Shown here: one piece after another, positions 36,113 to 48,988 of the stretch
Numbering within the stretch: position 1 is the stretch's first letter
Layout: every line of letters begins with the position of its first letter
NCBI GenBank assembly: GCA_009103225.1
Contig: RHPI01002888.1
Span: forward strand, 1 to 64,000
DNA: 64,000 nucleotides
Origin: Chlorokybus atmophyticus
Lineage: Eukaryota > Plantae > Mesostigma and Chlorokybus algae
Direction: 5' to 3'
Translations under genes and position numbers: made by a program
The notes under the pieces: generated by a model
Database searches by the model: none
The model's input: the letters and a program-made list of their open reading frames with translations, nothing else
What the model was told of the DNA's origin: nothing

Positions 36113-39112
36113 TGTGGTGATGCATAACACCCTTTGCATGCAGCATACGAGGCATAACAACTTTTGTACGTAGAGAGGGGCCTCAAGCTGGGTGCAGCAA
36201 GCTCGCCTAGTTATGATAATGTTGATGTGCTTGCTTTGCTTGGGCGAGCCCATTTGCTTGCAAAAGTCGTGCTCATGCTGAATTTATTACCTAACACATT
36301 GTCCGTCTTGTGTTGTGATGTTTTACGTGGCTACATAGCACTTAACTTGTGTGGTAAATAAATGCATCTCGCAATACGGGTATGAAACCTATCTATGATG
36401 CCCATACATATTCGTGGCGATGTCGAGGTAATAATGCAGCATATATCATAACTAATGCCAATTTATATATGCCTTATCAATATCATCGGTGCATATGAAC
36501 ATAATTCATGCAGTTTGCACGAAATGTAACAAATCACAAGTTTTGCTCAAAGAATGTCAAATTTCGTGTGTTGGATTGTAAGACTCTCAATTCAATGGTT
36601 AATGATATGGCAAGCGCACAATGTAATACAATGTTCATTGGACGTAAAACCCGGATTACGTAGTCTAAATCGTTTTAGAATTAAATTTAAACTTGAGTTT
36701 GTATATTCTACAGCTATTATCAAACGCCATAACATGATAACGACATGTATTATTAAAGCAGCTCAAAGCGGCGTGAATGCTTTTTATTATGCATACCACA
36801 CACACGCACACCTAAGTACAAACATTAGCAACAGACAACCTACTACAGACGAAGGTACAAGCTACAGCTATATCATGTAGTTGAGCGAGGCAGGAGATTA
36901 ATAGCAAGCAGCAGAGTGGGCAAGCAAGTTGGTGTATGCTTGTACACCTATCTTGAGCAATAATTGCCAATGACAACATTGTCTTAGATGCATTAACTGC
37001 CCACTTATTCGTAAGGAGAGATTTTATGTGTGAAGGAGTTCTTGCGCATGAGAACACCAGCAATGCAACCAGCGAGAAAGCACTGATGTTGATTACAGGA
37101 GCTGTGAGTCACAAAATGTGCCTCAGCCTGTGCGTCCACAGCTCGTGTGATTGATTCAAAACTTACCGTACATCCAGCCATACCACACATCACGACTGTT
37201 CGTGTCGCCTTCCACGGCGACAAACATCGTTGTCACAACACATTGTGTGACAACCGAACAAAATGCCAAAAGCGCGGCAGTTGGGCTGACACGGCAGCAG
37301 GCACTGCCAGGCAACAGCGACAGGCTTTCTTTCTCCCGCGCTTTTCTTCGGAGCGCACAAGAATTGATTAGGGTTTTGATTCAGCATGCATTGTAATGCT
37401 GCTCAACTTCAAGATTCTGCTTCTGTGTGTAAGCTGGTCCGCTCTTGACCGCCAACGTGGCAGGTGCCTGCCCTTCTCCTCCGCCGCCGCCGCTAGAGGC
37501 TAAAGGCGTGAGGGCTTACACGTTGCCTGCTTGATTGCAAGCGGGTTGAAGCAGGGCCGGGCAGAGATTTTCAATCCCAAGTAGGTAAGTGAATATGACC
37601 CTGACTTGACAGGTGGTTGTAGCTTGCTGATTGCGTTGAATGCTTCTGCTGGTCGTAGCTAAGCTGGTTGTGCGGCAAGTTGAGTTGAGCTGAAGTGAGT
37701 CGAAAGTAAGAGTCGTTACTTTACGTGCTAGGCGCTCATTGCTGTAAGGTTCGCTGCTGCAAGGCCGCGATTGTGCACACTGAACAGTGCGAACTGTCAG
37801 CTGTTGAAAGAGCTTGCAGTTTGTGCGCCTCATCTTTAGCTGTTACATCACAGCTGTGTGTCGTTTGCAGCATTAGACAGCTCTCAGTAAGGCGTCCAGC
37901 TGCACGCACATACACGTGCACATGCACGTACACTTGAACAACCCCCNNNNNNNNNNNNNNNNNNNNNNNNNNNNNNNNNNNNNNNNNNNNNNNNNNNNNN
38001 NNNNNNNNNNNNNNNNNNNNNNNNNNNNNNNNNNNNNNNNNNNNNNNNNNNNNNNNNNNNNNNNNNNNNNNNNNNNNNNNNNNNNNNNNNNNNNNNNNNN
38101 NNNNNNNNNNNNNNNNNNNNNNNNNNNNNNNNNNNNNNNNNNNNNNNNNNNNNNNNNNNNNNNNNNNNNNNNNNNNNNNNNNNNNNNNNNNNNNNNNNNN
38201 NNNNNNNNNNNNNNNNNNNNNNNNNNNNNNNNNNNNNNNNNNNNNNNNNNNNNNNNNNNNNNNNNNNNNNNNNNNNNNNNNNNNNNNNNNNNNNNNNNNN
38301 NNNNNNNNNNNNACATACACGTAGACATGTTCGTACACGCACAAACGTACATAGACACCCACATACTCGTGCACTTACACGCACACCAACGCTTGCACAC
38401 ATGGGTAGGTGACAAAGCAGCTTTGTCACCTACGCATGTGTGCAAGCAGCATATGCTGCATGCACAATAGCATGCATGGCACAGCAGAGCTGTTGTAGCG
38501 ATTATGCACTGATGGAGGTGTATTGTTTTGCAATCAGGCGGCAATAAACTGAACTCTGGCTGGAGTTAAGCAAAGCAGGCAGCATGACGAGCCACACCAG
38601 CAGCGTGACCAGTAAGACCAGATGCTCTGTTGTACTTGTGTTTCACTGTGTTTCATTGCAAACTTCTTTAGGAAGCTCTCAGTTCAACTTGCAGCAGCTG
38701 GCCACTTGTTGACTACACTTACAAGAACGACTCGTCGTGCACCTGCTGCAGCATGTGAACTTAAACTGTACACGTATGGGTGCTGCTGCTTTGCTGCTAA
38801 TGGTTAATGTGTTGCGCAGGTGAAGCCGAGTCCCGGTTTGAGCGTGCAGCACCTGATGGAGCCATTGAGCAGGTCAGTTGCGACAGAAATATGACACACA
38901 CAAATACTACTGTGAAGATAGTCATGAAACAAATTCATGCTGTCGAACAGTTGCTCACTGTGATGTACTATCCATACCCAATGGAGGGTAGCACAGATGC
39001 CATTATCATGCAGTATGTAACACTTCAACATGTGGTGTTGTGTTCATAGTGCGTCTGTTGTAGTACTGTTCTAACTGCCATTGAGCAGTCGGAGGAGAGC
39101 CTTTCACGCGCT

Positions 39113-42100
39113 ATGTCCGGCGGCTTGACGGATGGTTTCCGAGACTTGCGGCGTCTGTTGAAGCCGGCGAAAGGCCAGCAAGCAGCAGCAGATACGGATT
39201 ACCTGCGCGAGAGAATTGAAGCGCTTGAGAGGGCTTATATGGACGGAAAGGTTGCGCAGGAAAGAGTCATACAGCAGATGATCATAAGTCAGCGCGACCG
39301 GGTAAGTCTCTAACTATGTGTGCTCCTCATACTCATGCACGTACACAAGAGCATGTCTTCACCAGCACGTTCATGTTATGCATTCATGGTGTACCCATGA
39401 AGTTGAGCGTACAACCAGGCGAGTGCATGCGTGGATGTGAAATCCTGTCTGAGCAAGTGTGTGTCTGCATGCCTGTGTATGTGTATGTGACAATGACTGC
39501 TTGCAGGACTTGGCCACACGCACTGTCATGGACGCAGCAGCCAAGCAGCTGGAGAGTCATAAAGCTGCAGCAAGAGAGCTGAAAAGGAGTCTGGCCAAGC
39601 GAGATGACGAGGTTGGCCTGATTGTCTATATTGTCTATATTACTCCCATTACTACCATGTGCCAAAGAAGCATATGTTGTGCATAATGCCACTTGACTCT
39701 TTTGGCATTGCCTTCATTCAGTTTGTCGCCAAACTCAAGGAGCTTGACGACAGCAAGTCTCAAGTATTTACGCTGCAGCAAGAGGTGGAGGCTAAGGAGG
39801 CGTCCCTCCATCAGCTTGCTACAAAGGTGTGTTAAGGTGTTGATCTTCCAATTCACCTTTGTGGCTGAGTGCCCGTATGTAAATGTCACACGCACATGTG
39901 CTCTTGTGTGTGTGTGTGCATGCCGTCGCATGTGCATGCAAGAATAAGCGCGCACGAGTACATGCGTGCCCGTGTGACCAAGTACGTGTCTGCATAGTTT
40001 TGTCATTTGTTTTGTTTGCTTGCAGGACTTGTCGATGCGCAATCTCATGGACGCTGCAGCCAAGCAGCTGGAGAGTCATAAAGCTGCAGCAGCGGATATG
40101 AAAAGTACTCTGGCCAAGCGAGATGAGGAGGTTGGCCTCATGTTATGCTTCTCCTACTCAAAAGAGCCTTGTATTCGTGCAATGCTGATTATGCTTTTGG
40201 CACACGCTTCTGCAGTTAGTGGCCACGCGCGCTGCTATGGAATCTGCAGCCAAGGAGCTGGAGAGTCATCAAGCTACAGCAGCAGAGTTACAAGAAGTCC
40301 TTGCCAAGCGAGATGAAGAGGTTGGCAACATGTCTTGGGCAGTTAGTCACATGTGATGGAAGAGACGCGTTCGCGCATTGCTGATCATGCTGTTTGCATA
40401 TGCTGCAGTTTGCGGCCATGCTTAAAGAGCTCGACGACACAAAGTCCCGAGTACAGAAGCTGCAGCATGAGATGGAGGCTAAAGAGGCGTCCCTGCAGCA
40501 GCAGCTTGCTGAACAGGTGAGGTCAAGTTAATCCTTTCATACCTGCCTACCGGTCTGTGACTGTGCATAAGCGCGGTTGTATGCTTGTGTGTGCATGCTG
40601 TTGTATGCAAGGTGCACGCGTGCGTGCAGTTGTGCATGCGTGCCTATGTGTCCGTGTGAGCAACAGTATCATCTAGTCAATGTCATTGGCTGCTTGCAGG
40701 ACATGGCGAAGTGCAATGCTGTGGATGCCGCAGCCAAGCAGTTGCGGAGTCATAAGATGGCAGCAGCAGAGTTCAGGAAGGTTCTGGTGCAGCGAGATGA
40801 GGAGGTTGGCCTGTCATGCGCAGTGATGCTGATCTGTATTACAGGGACGTGCGTACGTGCATTGCTGATTATGCTTTCTGCATGTTTTTCTCGCAGTTAG
40901 CGGCCAAGGTTAATGAGCTGGATAATGCACAGTATCAAGTACGAAAGCTGCAGCAAGAGATGGAGGCTAAGGAGGCGTCCCTGCAGCAGCTTGCTGAACA
41001 AGTGAGGCTGAGGTGTCCTTTCATACCATGTAACCACGTTGTAACTATGCACGCGCGCGCACCTGTATGTGAGTGTGTGCATGTCCGCAAGAATAAAAGG
41101 CTCGTGTGCACCAACGCATGCGCACCCCTGTGAGTGTGTGTCTGCTCGCCTATAGTTTTGTTCATTGTTAATTGCTTGCAGCATTTGGCGTCGCGCACTG
41201 CTATGGATACAGCAGCCAAGCAGCTGGAGAGTCAATCAGCTGCAGCCGCGGAGTTGAAACAGACTTTGGTCAAGCGAGATGAAGAGGTTGACCTCGTGTC
41301 ATTTACTATTACTATGATATGTATCGGAGTCACGGGGGGGGGGGGGGGGGGGGGGGGNNNNNNNNNNNNNNNNNNNNNNNNNNNNNNNNNNNNNNNNNNN
41401 GGGGGCATGTATTCATGCATTATTGACTGTGATTGTCTGCATGTGCTTCTGCAGGTTGCGGCTAAACTCAAGGAGCTCGATGACTCAAAGTCCCAAGTAC
41501 AGAAGCTGCAGCATGAACTGGAGGCTAAAGAGGCGTCTCTGCAGCAGCTTGCTGAGCAGGCAAGGCTACGATCAGTAATTCACTTTGAGATTGTGTGCAC
41601 ATGCGCGCATGCCAGCCGGGGGGGGGGCGGCGGGGGACTCAGGTTGCTGATGCATTCATTGCCCTGCACAGGCGCATGCGCTTCAGAAAGATTTGCCCGT
41701 GTTGCAAGCATTGAGCAATGATCAAAAGCTGCGCAGTGAACAGCTGACTCAACAGGTGCCAGTCATCATGTCAATTGGCACATGCGGCGCGCATAGCCAT
41801 GCATTGTTGATACTGGTGCATGAGTTTTGAGAGCGTGTGGTTGTTTCGCAGCTGCAAGCAAAGGACGTTGCTTTGCAGGCAGCAGTTCAGCGCCAACAAG
41901 CATGTGAAGCGGCCCTACTAGATGCAGAAAAGGTGGGACATGCCTCGCATCATCACCTATGTGTTGGTATTGTGCCTGTTGTTGTTGTCATCGTTGTTGT
42001 TTTGCAGTACTGTTACGGAATCGTCTCTAAGCTTTTTGTCACAGTTGCAAGAGAAGCACGCGGCTTTGCATATGGCTTTGGAACAACATAATCACGCACT

Positions 42101-45100
42101 CAGCAACAAGGTTGGCCTGTCATGTGTTGTGTTATTCTATCTTGTATCAAAGAGGCATGTGTTGTGCTGATGTAACAAGGAGGCATGTGCGTTGCTTGTT
42201 TACTCTTTTGACATTTCTTTCATGCAGTTGACAGCCAAAGTCAAAGAGCATGACAATACAAAGTCGCAGTTACGGAAGCTGCAGCAAGAAATGGAGGCAA
42301 AGGCGGCGTCCCTGCAGCATCTTGCTGAAAAGGTGCGGCTGAGGTGTTACTTTCATGCAAGATTACCACTTTGTGACTGTGCACGCCTCTATGCGTGTGC
42401 AAGCGCATACAGGCATGGCATGTGTGCGTCTTATATGTATATGTAAGATGCGTGCTGTCATGCACAAGTGCATGCGCATATGTGCATGTGTGCGCGCGGG
42501 CAAGTGTGTCTGCATGTGTATATGTATGCATGTATATATGCTTTGTCATTGTCATTGACTGCTTGCAGGAGTTGGCAACGCGCACTTGTATGGATGCAGC
42601 AACCAAGCAGCTGGACCGTCATGACGCTGTAGCAGCAGAGATGACATTGAGTCTGGCCAAGCGAGATGAAGAGGTTGGCAGCTTGATATGTGCAGTTACT
42701 CTATTTCTTTGAGGCGCGCATACGTGCATGGCTGATGCTGTGTGTTGCATATATTTCCGCAGTTAGCGGACAAAGTTAAAGAGCTTGACAACACAAAGTC
42801 TCAAGTACTAACACTGCAGCAAGGGATGGTGGCCAAGGAGGCGTCTCTGCAGCAGCTTGCTGAGCAGGTGAGGCTCTGCTGCTACTTATGTATAGGAGTT
42901 TATCACTTTGACTTTGCACACACACGCGCCTGCATGTGTGTGCACAGTCAGTGGTCTGATGCGTGCACGCCCTTGCATGCACATTGTATATGTATGCGTG
43001 CCTTTGCTGATGCATCGGTTGCCCTGCAGGTGCAGGCGCTTCAGCAGGATTTGCGCGCGATGCAAGCCTTGAGCAATGATCAACAGTTGCGCAGCGAACA
43101 GTTGACTCAGCAGGTAGCGATCATTGTTTCAGTTGGCACATGTGGCGTGCATGGTCACACAATTATGCATACCTGTGTAAGTGTGCTGAAACTGTGCCAT
43201 TGTATCGCAGCTGCAAGCGAAGGACATTGCATTGCAGGCCGCACTTGAGCGCCAGCAAGCATGTGAAGCAGCCCTTGTAGATGCAGAAGAGGTGGGCAAT
43301 GCCTCTCTACGTTGTTGTTGTTGTTGTTAGCATTGGTTAGTTTTGTTTTTTGCAACAGTATTATGTACTCAGACTGAGTAACGGTTACCGTCTCAGTTGC
43401 AAGAAAAGCATGCGGCTTTGCAACTAGCTGCGGAGCAACATACTCATGCACTCGGCAACAAGGTTGGCCTGATGTCATGTGTTGGTTTTTATGCATTGAA
43501 GAGGCATGTGCGTTGCTTACTTACTGCTTTGCCATTTCAAATGTTCAGTTGACAGTCAAACTCAAAGAACTTGATGATACAAAGTCCCGAGTACAGACGT
43601 TGCAGCACGAGATGGAGGCCAAGGAGGCGTCCTTGGAGAAGCTTGCTGAGAAGGTGAGGCTAAGGTGTCACTTTAGCAGCACTACAGCTATTACTTTGTG
43701 ATTTTGGCATGTTGTCGTACGTGTACACAAGATCTCCGCGCGTGTGTGCATAAATACATGCGTGCGTATGTGCATGTGTGCCAGTGTGAGCAAGTGTGAT
43801 GGTACATGCGCATAGTTTGCGAGTAGTTTTGTCATTGTCAGTTACTGCTCGTAGGACTTGGAGGCGCGCACTGTTATGGACTCAGCAGTTAAGCAGCTGG
43901 AGAGTAATAAAGCCACTATGGCGGAGTTGAAAGGGTGTCTGGCCAAGCGAGATGACGAGGTTGGGGTCATGTCATGTGACATCACTACTGCAAGCAACAT
44001 GTGTTTCCACACTGCTGATGAGGCTTGGTGCATGTGCTTCTGCAGTTGGCGGCCACTCGTGCTGTCATGGATGCTTCAGCCAAGGAGCTGGAGAGTCATC
44101 GAGCTGCAGCAGCAGAGTTACGAAAGAGTCTGGCCAAGCAAGATGACGAGGTTGGCAGCACGTCATGTGCAGATTCTGTGATGTGTAACAAACAAAGAGA
44201 CGTTCTTGTGAATGCTAATTGTGCTTGTTGCATACGCTTCAGTTGGCAGCCAAGCTTGAAGAGCTCAACAACACAAAGTCCCAGGTCCAGCAGTTGCAGC
44301 AAGAGATGGTGGCTCAGGAGGAGGCCAAACTCAAAGAGCTCGAGGACACAAAATCCCAAGTACTCGAGCTGCAGCAAGAGGTGGAGGGTAAGGAGGTGTC
44401 TCTGCAGCAGCTTGCTGAGCAGGTGAGGCCAAGGTGTTACTCTTATATTGTTCATTGCTTGGCTTTCATGCACTTGCGTGTGTGTGTGTGTGTGTGTGAG
44501 TGTGTGTGTGTGCGCATGTTGTTGTACGTGTGCGCATGTGCGTGCTAACGCATCCGTGGTACCCTGTGCAGGCGCAGGCGCTTCGGCAGGATTTGCCTGT
44601 GCTGCAAGCGTTGAGCAATGACCAAAAGCTGCGCAGCGAACAGCTGACCCAACAGGTGGTGATTGCCGGTTCAGTTGATGTTGTGTCGCACATAGTTATG
44701 CAATGATGACATGTGTGCATATACTGAAAGGGTGTGGTTGTATCGCAGTTGCAAGCAAAGGACGCTGCTTTGCAGGCAGCGATCGAGTGCCAGCAAGCGT
44801 TTGAAGCGGCCCTTGCAGATGCAGAAAAGGTGGGAGATGCATCGCATCATCCATGTGTAAATGTTGTCATTTGTTGTACAATAGTTGTATGTATGTAACT
44901 ATGCTTTTTACGTCATAGTTGCGAGAGGAGCACACGGCCTTGCAGGTGGCTTTGGAGCAACAAACTCGCATGCTTGGCAACAAGGCTGTCATTGCTGAGC
45001 AGGTGTGTAATGTAACTGACGCTTTCGTTGCCATTATATCTGTTTTGAATAAGTCAAGTCAAGAGGCAAGCATGCATGACGGTGGCATGGTCACTTTCAG

Positions 45101-46329
45101 GTATGCGATCAGGAGTATGCCCTGCAAGATGCAACAGATGCGCAACGACGCTTTGAGGCGACCCTGGCAGAAGCACAGAAACAACTTACTGAACAAGTAT
45201 GTCAGTGTGCATATTCATGTGTGGCGATGATTTTGTTCTTGTTGGTGTTTTGGTTTGGTTGGGGGCCGGGGGCCATGCCTGCCTGCTTGCAGGTATACGT
45301 GTGTGTGCGTGTGTCTGTGCACGCATGTGTCTGTGTTTGTACGGGTCTTCTTCTTGCATTGTTGAGTTATGGTTGTCTGCTCATTACCAACTCGTCGGTG
45401 TTGTGTAGATGCGTGCCAAAGAGGAGGCTGTAAAGGCAGCTGAGGAGCAGCAGAAGAGCTACCAGTCTGCGCTGTCTGCAGCACAAACCTTGGCTGAGCA
45501 AGTAAGTCAAACCTCATTAATACAACCGCATTTACAAACTCATTCACACTGACAACCACTGCGCTTGCAACCACTACCACCATGACCACTACTACAACAA
45601 CAACTCTAACAATGTGTGCAGCTGGCAGAGAAGGATGTTGCGCTGCAAGAGGCTTTGCAGCAGCAGAGTTTACATGAGGCGGCTTTGCAGGAGGCCCGGC
45701 TGGCTCTGGAAGAAGTCAAGCAGCGGGTCGGTACTGTCAACATCGTGCCAGCTCAGAGTGACTCCGGCAATCCGGTGCGTGGATGTTGCATTCCGTTCGC
45801 TCTGTTTTGTGAGTCACGTGTGTCATATTACTTATGCTATCAGCATGTCAAGATTACCAAACATGTGTAGCTCGCTATGATCGCATCTTGGTAATACAGT
45901 GTGCTTGTGCTTTACAGAATGCCAGCATAGACAGTGGCCCAAGGTCATCGTTCTTCCTGGACGGTACTACCATTAGTGACAATCTCTCCATGGTACGTCC
46001 TTCTGTTCATCAACTACATGCATAGGCAAACACGTGCATGCGCACACACACACGCATGCCTGCGCGTGTACACGCACAGGCTTCTGAGCAAGTGCTCATG
46101 CACAGATCATTGCTTGTTGCACTAGGGTAGTTTTTAACCACTTGGTTGTTGTATGCAGTTGCACAAAATGCCAGTGCCATGCATTCTCGAGCACGACGCA
46201 CCCACGCCAGCGCATGAGCCGGCTAACAGGATGCTACTGCTGGGCCAAATCGCACTTGGCTTCATCATATTTGCGGTCGTGCTGCAGGTTCTCGTCTTGC
46301 GTGCCCAACCATCAGTTCTGTTCAGTTAA
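39113..46329 (+). CDS. Modular coiled-coil protein with C-terminal transmembrane tail anchor (golgin-like), ~1080 aa, 31 coding exons
   Basis: All exon junctions are phase 0. Repeated exon classes: A (105 nt, ..MDAAAKQLESH...KRDEE), B (105 nt, ..KELDD.KSQV..LQQEMEAKEASLQQLAEQ), C (84 nt), D (81 nt), E (66 nt). The last exon encodes MLLLGQIALGFIIFAVVLQVLVL followed by RAQPSVLFS and a stop. Confidence 0.85.
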
Positions 46330-46534
46330 GTGGATACGTGGTTCGTGGACAGTCGGTCCGCCTTCCGTTTACTCCGTGTTGTGTCAACTATGTGCATATG
46401 TCCGTTGTGTTTTTGGGTTGGTGTGTACGTGGCTTTTAATATTGACAGGTGGTAGTGTAGTATTATTGTATAGATGTATCCACAAATTGTTGTGACCAAT
46501 TGTTGCCAGTGTCATATGTGCATTCATGTTACAC

Positions 46535-47000
46535 CTTGAAGGTTGTTGATCTGTGGTTGAAACTGTTGAGGTGGTGACAAACATGGTATGAGTAATCAAA
46601 TGTTCAAGCAGCAAGCTTTTTGCTGCAAAACCTGAACCTATCCAATCGCATCATAACTATTGCTCAATTGAGATGCAAACCATGTACAATAGTGTCATAG
46701 AGGGAGAAATTTCCTCGCCATCAGCTACCACTCCACATTGTATATAGTCAGTTGCACGAATAGAGTATCAAGGTTGATGGTTGTTGACTTGTGGTTGGTT
46801 GAGTTGTTGACAAACACTGTATTAGTCATCAAATATTCAACCAGCAAGCTTTTTGCTGCAAAGCCTGAACCTATCCAATTGCATCACAATTATTGCTCAA
46901 GGTATGTGCAAACCATGTACAATAGTGTTATAGAGGGAGAAAATTCCTCACCATCAGTTGCCACTCCGAATTTAAACAGTTGCACGAATAGTGTATTATT
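46535..47000. repeat. ~233-bp diverged tandem duplication
   Basis: GCAAGCTTTTTGCTGCAAA at 46611 and 46844; the flanking sequence also aligns. Confidence 0.85.
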
Positions 47001-48988
47001 AAGGTATTAAACGAAAAGCGCGCTATAAAATGTGAACGGAATGAGGTGGTAATATAATATTCAGTGACCCCATTGATATGATAGTTTGCTCCACATGTTG
47101 AGTTTTTAAGGTAATATATTGTGTGCCCAAAAAACCAATTTGCCATGGTATGCTTGTGCAATGCTGCGGTGAGGTGCCTTTTGCATGGTAATGTCCACAT
47201 ATGCCGGGTTACGTCTCTTGTTGTACACCTTTGTGCAAAGGCCTATGTCCTTCGTCTGAACGACAGATCAATTAAAGAAAGACACACAAGCACCAGTGGC
47301 AGAGTACAACAGTGAGCACGCCTGTGGGTAAATGCTCCCTGCTAGCGCTGCGGGTGACAAGTATAATGCCTGCTTGAACTCAGGCACCCTAGCCACAAAT
47401 AGATCATCCACATAGCGCAGAATGCACAGAGCAAAGCGTTGCACATCACAGGGTCACCGTATGCCTTCAATCTTTCGAAGAAGTCTAGCTCATAAGTAAG
47501 AAGCGTGTTGTTGGCCAAGTAAACTCCTGCTGGATTCCCTAAAAGAATTTAATGTTGCCTGTACACGCTGTGTGCACTTGTTTGCAGGAACAAGTTAGCC
47601 AACCGAAACTCTAGCTTGTCATATACTCGCACAGCAGTAAAAGTGCGTGTTGTGCCCTATATGTAAGTGACAATACTGCCATAAAACCCATTTGTAATTG
47701 ATTTCTCCCTTGAGGACGTTGATGTGGAGGTGTGTCGCTCTATGTAGAGAGTGCAAACAAATTTTCCACCAGGCCGCACATACGGTCGGTTAGGTCTTGC
47801 TGCTGTAGAGTGTGCTTAAGTTACAAGTGTGTAGGTTGAAGCATGGGAGTGTTGCGGCACACACAACCACTGCTATTACGAGGACAGTACCAAAGCAATG
47901 AGTTCCGTGTCCATGCCTACCACCCTGTCACATAGACCACAACACCAACAGGGCTCTAGCGATCTACGAGTGCAACAGTGTCCAGCATTCACGCCGCTCT
48001 CGCCACGGCAGCATCCTCCCCGGCCGCTATGTAGTTGATTACAGCCGGCTCCAGCCTGGGACCGCCGCAACCGCTGTCGCTTCGCGCTCCAGCAGCGCAC
48101 ATTACAGACAAGCAAGGTCATTACTGCGACAAGTGTGACAAGTGTAACATCCCAAGGCTGTGCATGTGGCACCATCACCTCTAGACCTTGTACCCCTTAT
48201 CTTTCCAATTGTGCATTGGTTAGCTACGCAATTAAGTTTGACAAAGCGACCCTCACAGTTTGCATGGTGGCTTACTTTGTGCAGGTAGATAAGCATAAGT
48301 AATTAACTAGTAGACTCAGCACAGAATTACACACGACGCAGACTACCACCGATGAAAGGCGACCAGCATGCGTTCTGATGTCATGCATGCTGCGGGGAAC
48401 CTAACCCTAATTGCGCAGCAATCGGCAGCGATGCACTGTGACGGGCGGAGAGGGTGGCGGCGACATGGGAGAGGAGGGCGGGGGGAGTCCTACAGTCTGC
48501 TATTGCTGTCGTCACTATTGTGGAGGCTGGCCTAACCGCAGCTGTGGTGCAGGTGAAAACAATTCTGCATGCTAACTATATGGCTAACGGGGCAGGCTAG
48601 AGTTGGCGTAGCATAGAAATTACCAGCCTGGTGGTGAATGGAATGTACAGGATATGCGCGAGACAATTGTTTTACCCATGAGTGTGATGCATATCGTTTG
48701 CATGTCTCAACACACCATGCATGCCGGCATAGCAACACACCCCTTTTGTACACCAAATGAAAGCATGGGTGTTAACAGGCATACACAGCTTGGACGTGCC
48801 GCACTACTCCTTGCTGAGCTCTTTGCTTGTCTCATTTGTCCACAACATGACGATGCTGCTGGCACGCAATGCACACATACAAAAGCATAAACACATGCAA
48901 GAGACAAGATTGCAATGTGCTAAGGTGCCACACGCACACATGTAACAAATCGCAGAAAGATAATGGTCTCACTCTCTATGCCACATTG

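Noticed and set aside
47876-48180. GC-rich coding-like patch
   Set aside because: No start, no consistent splice partners and no recognisable motif.
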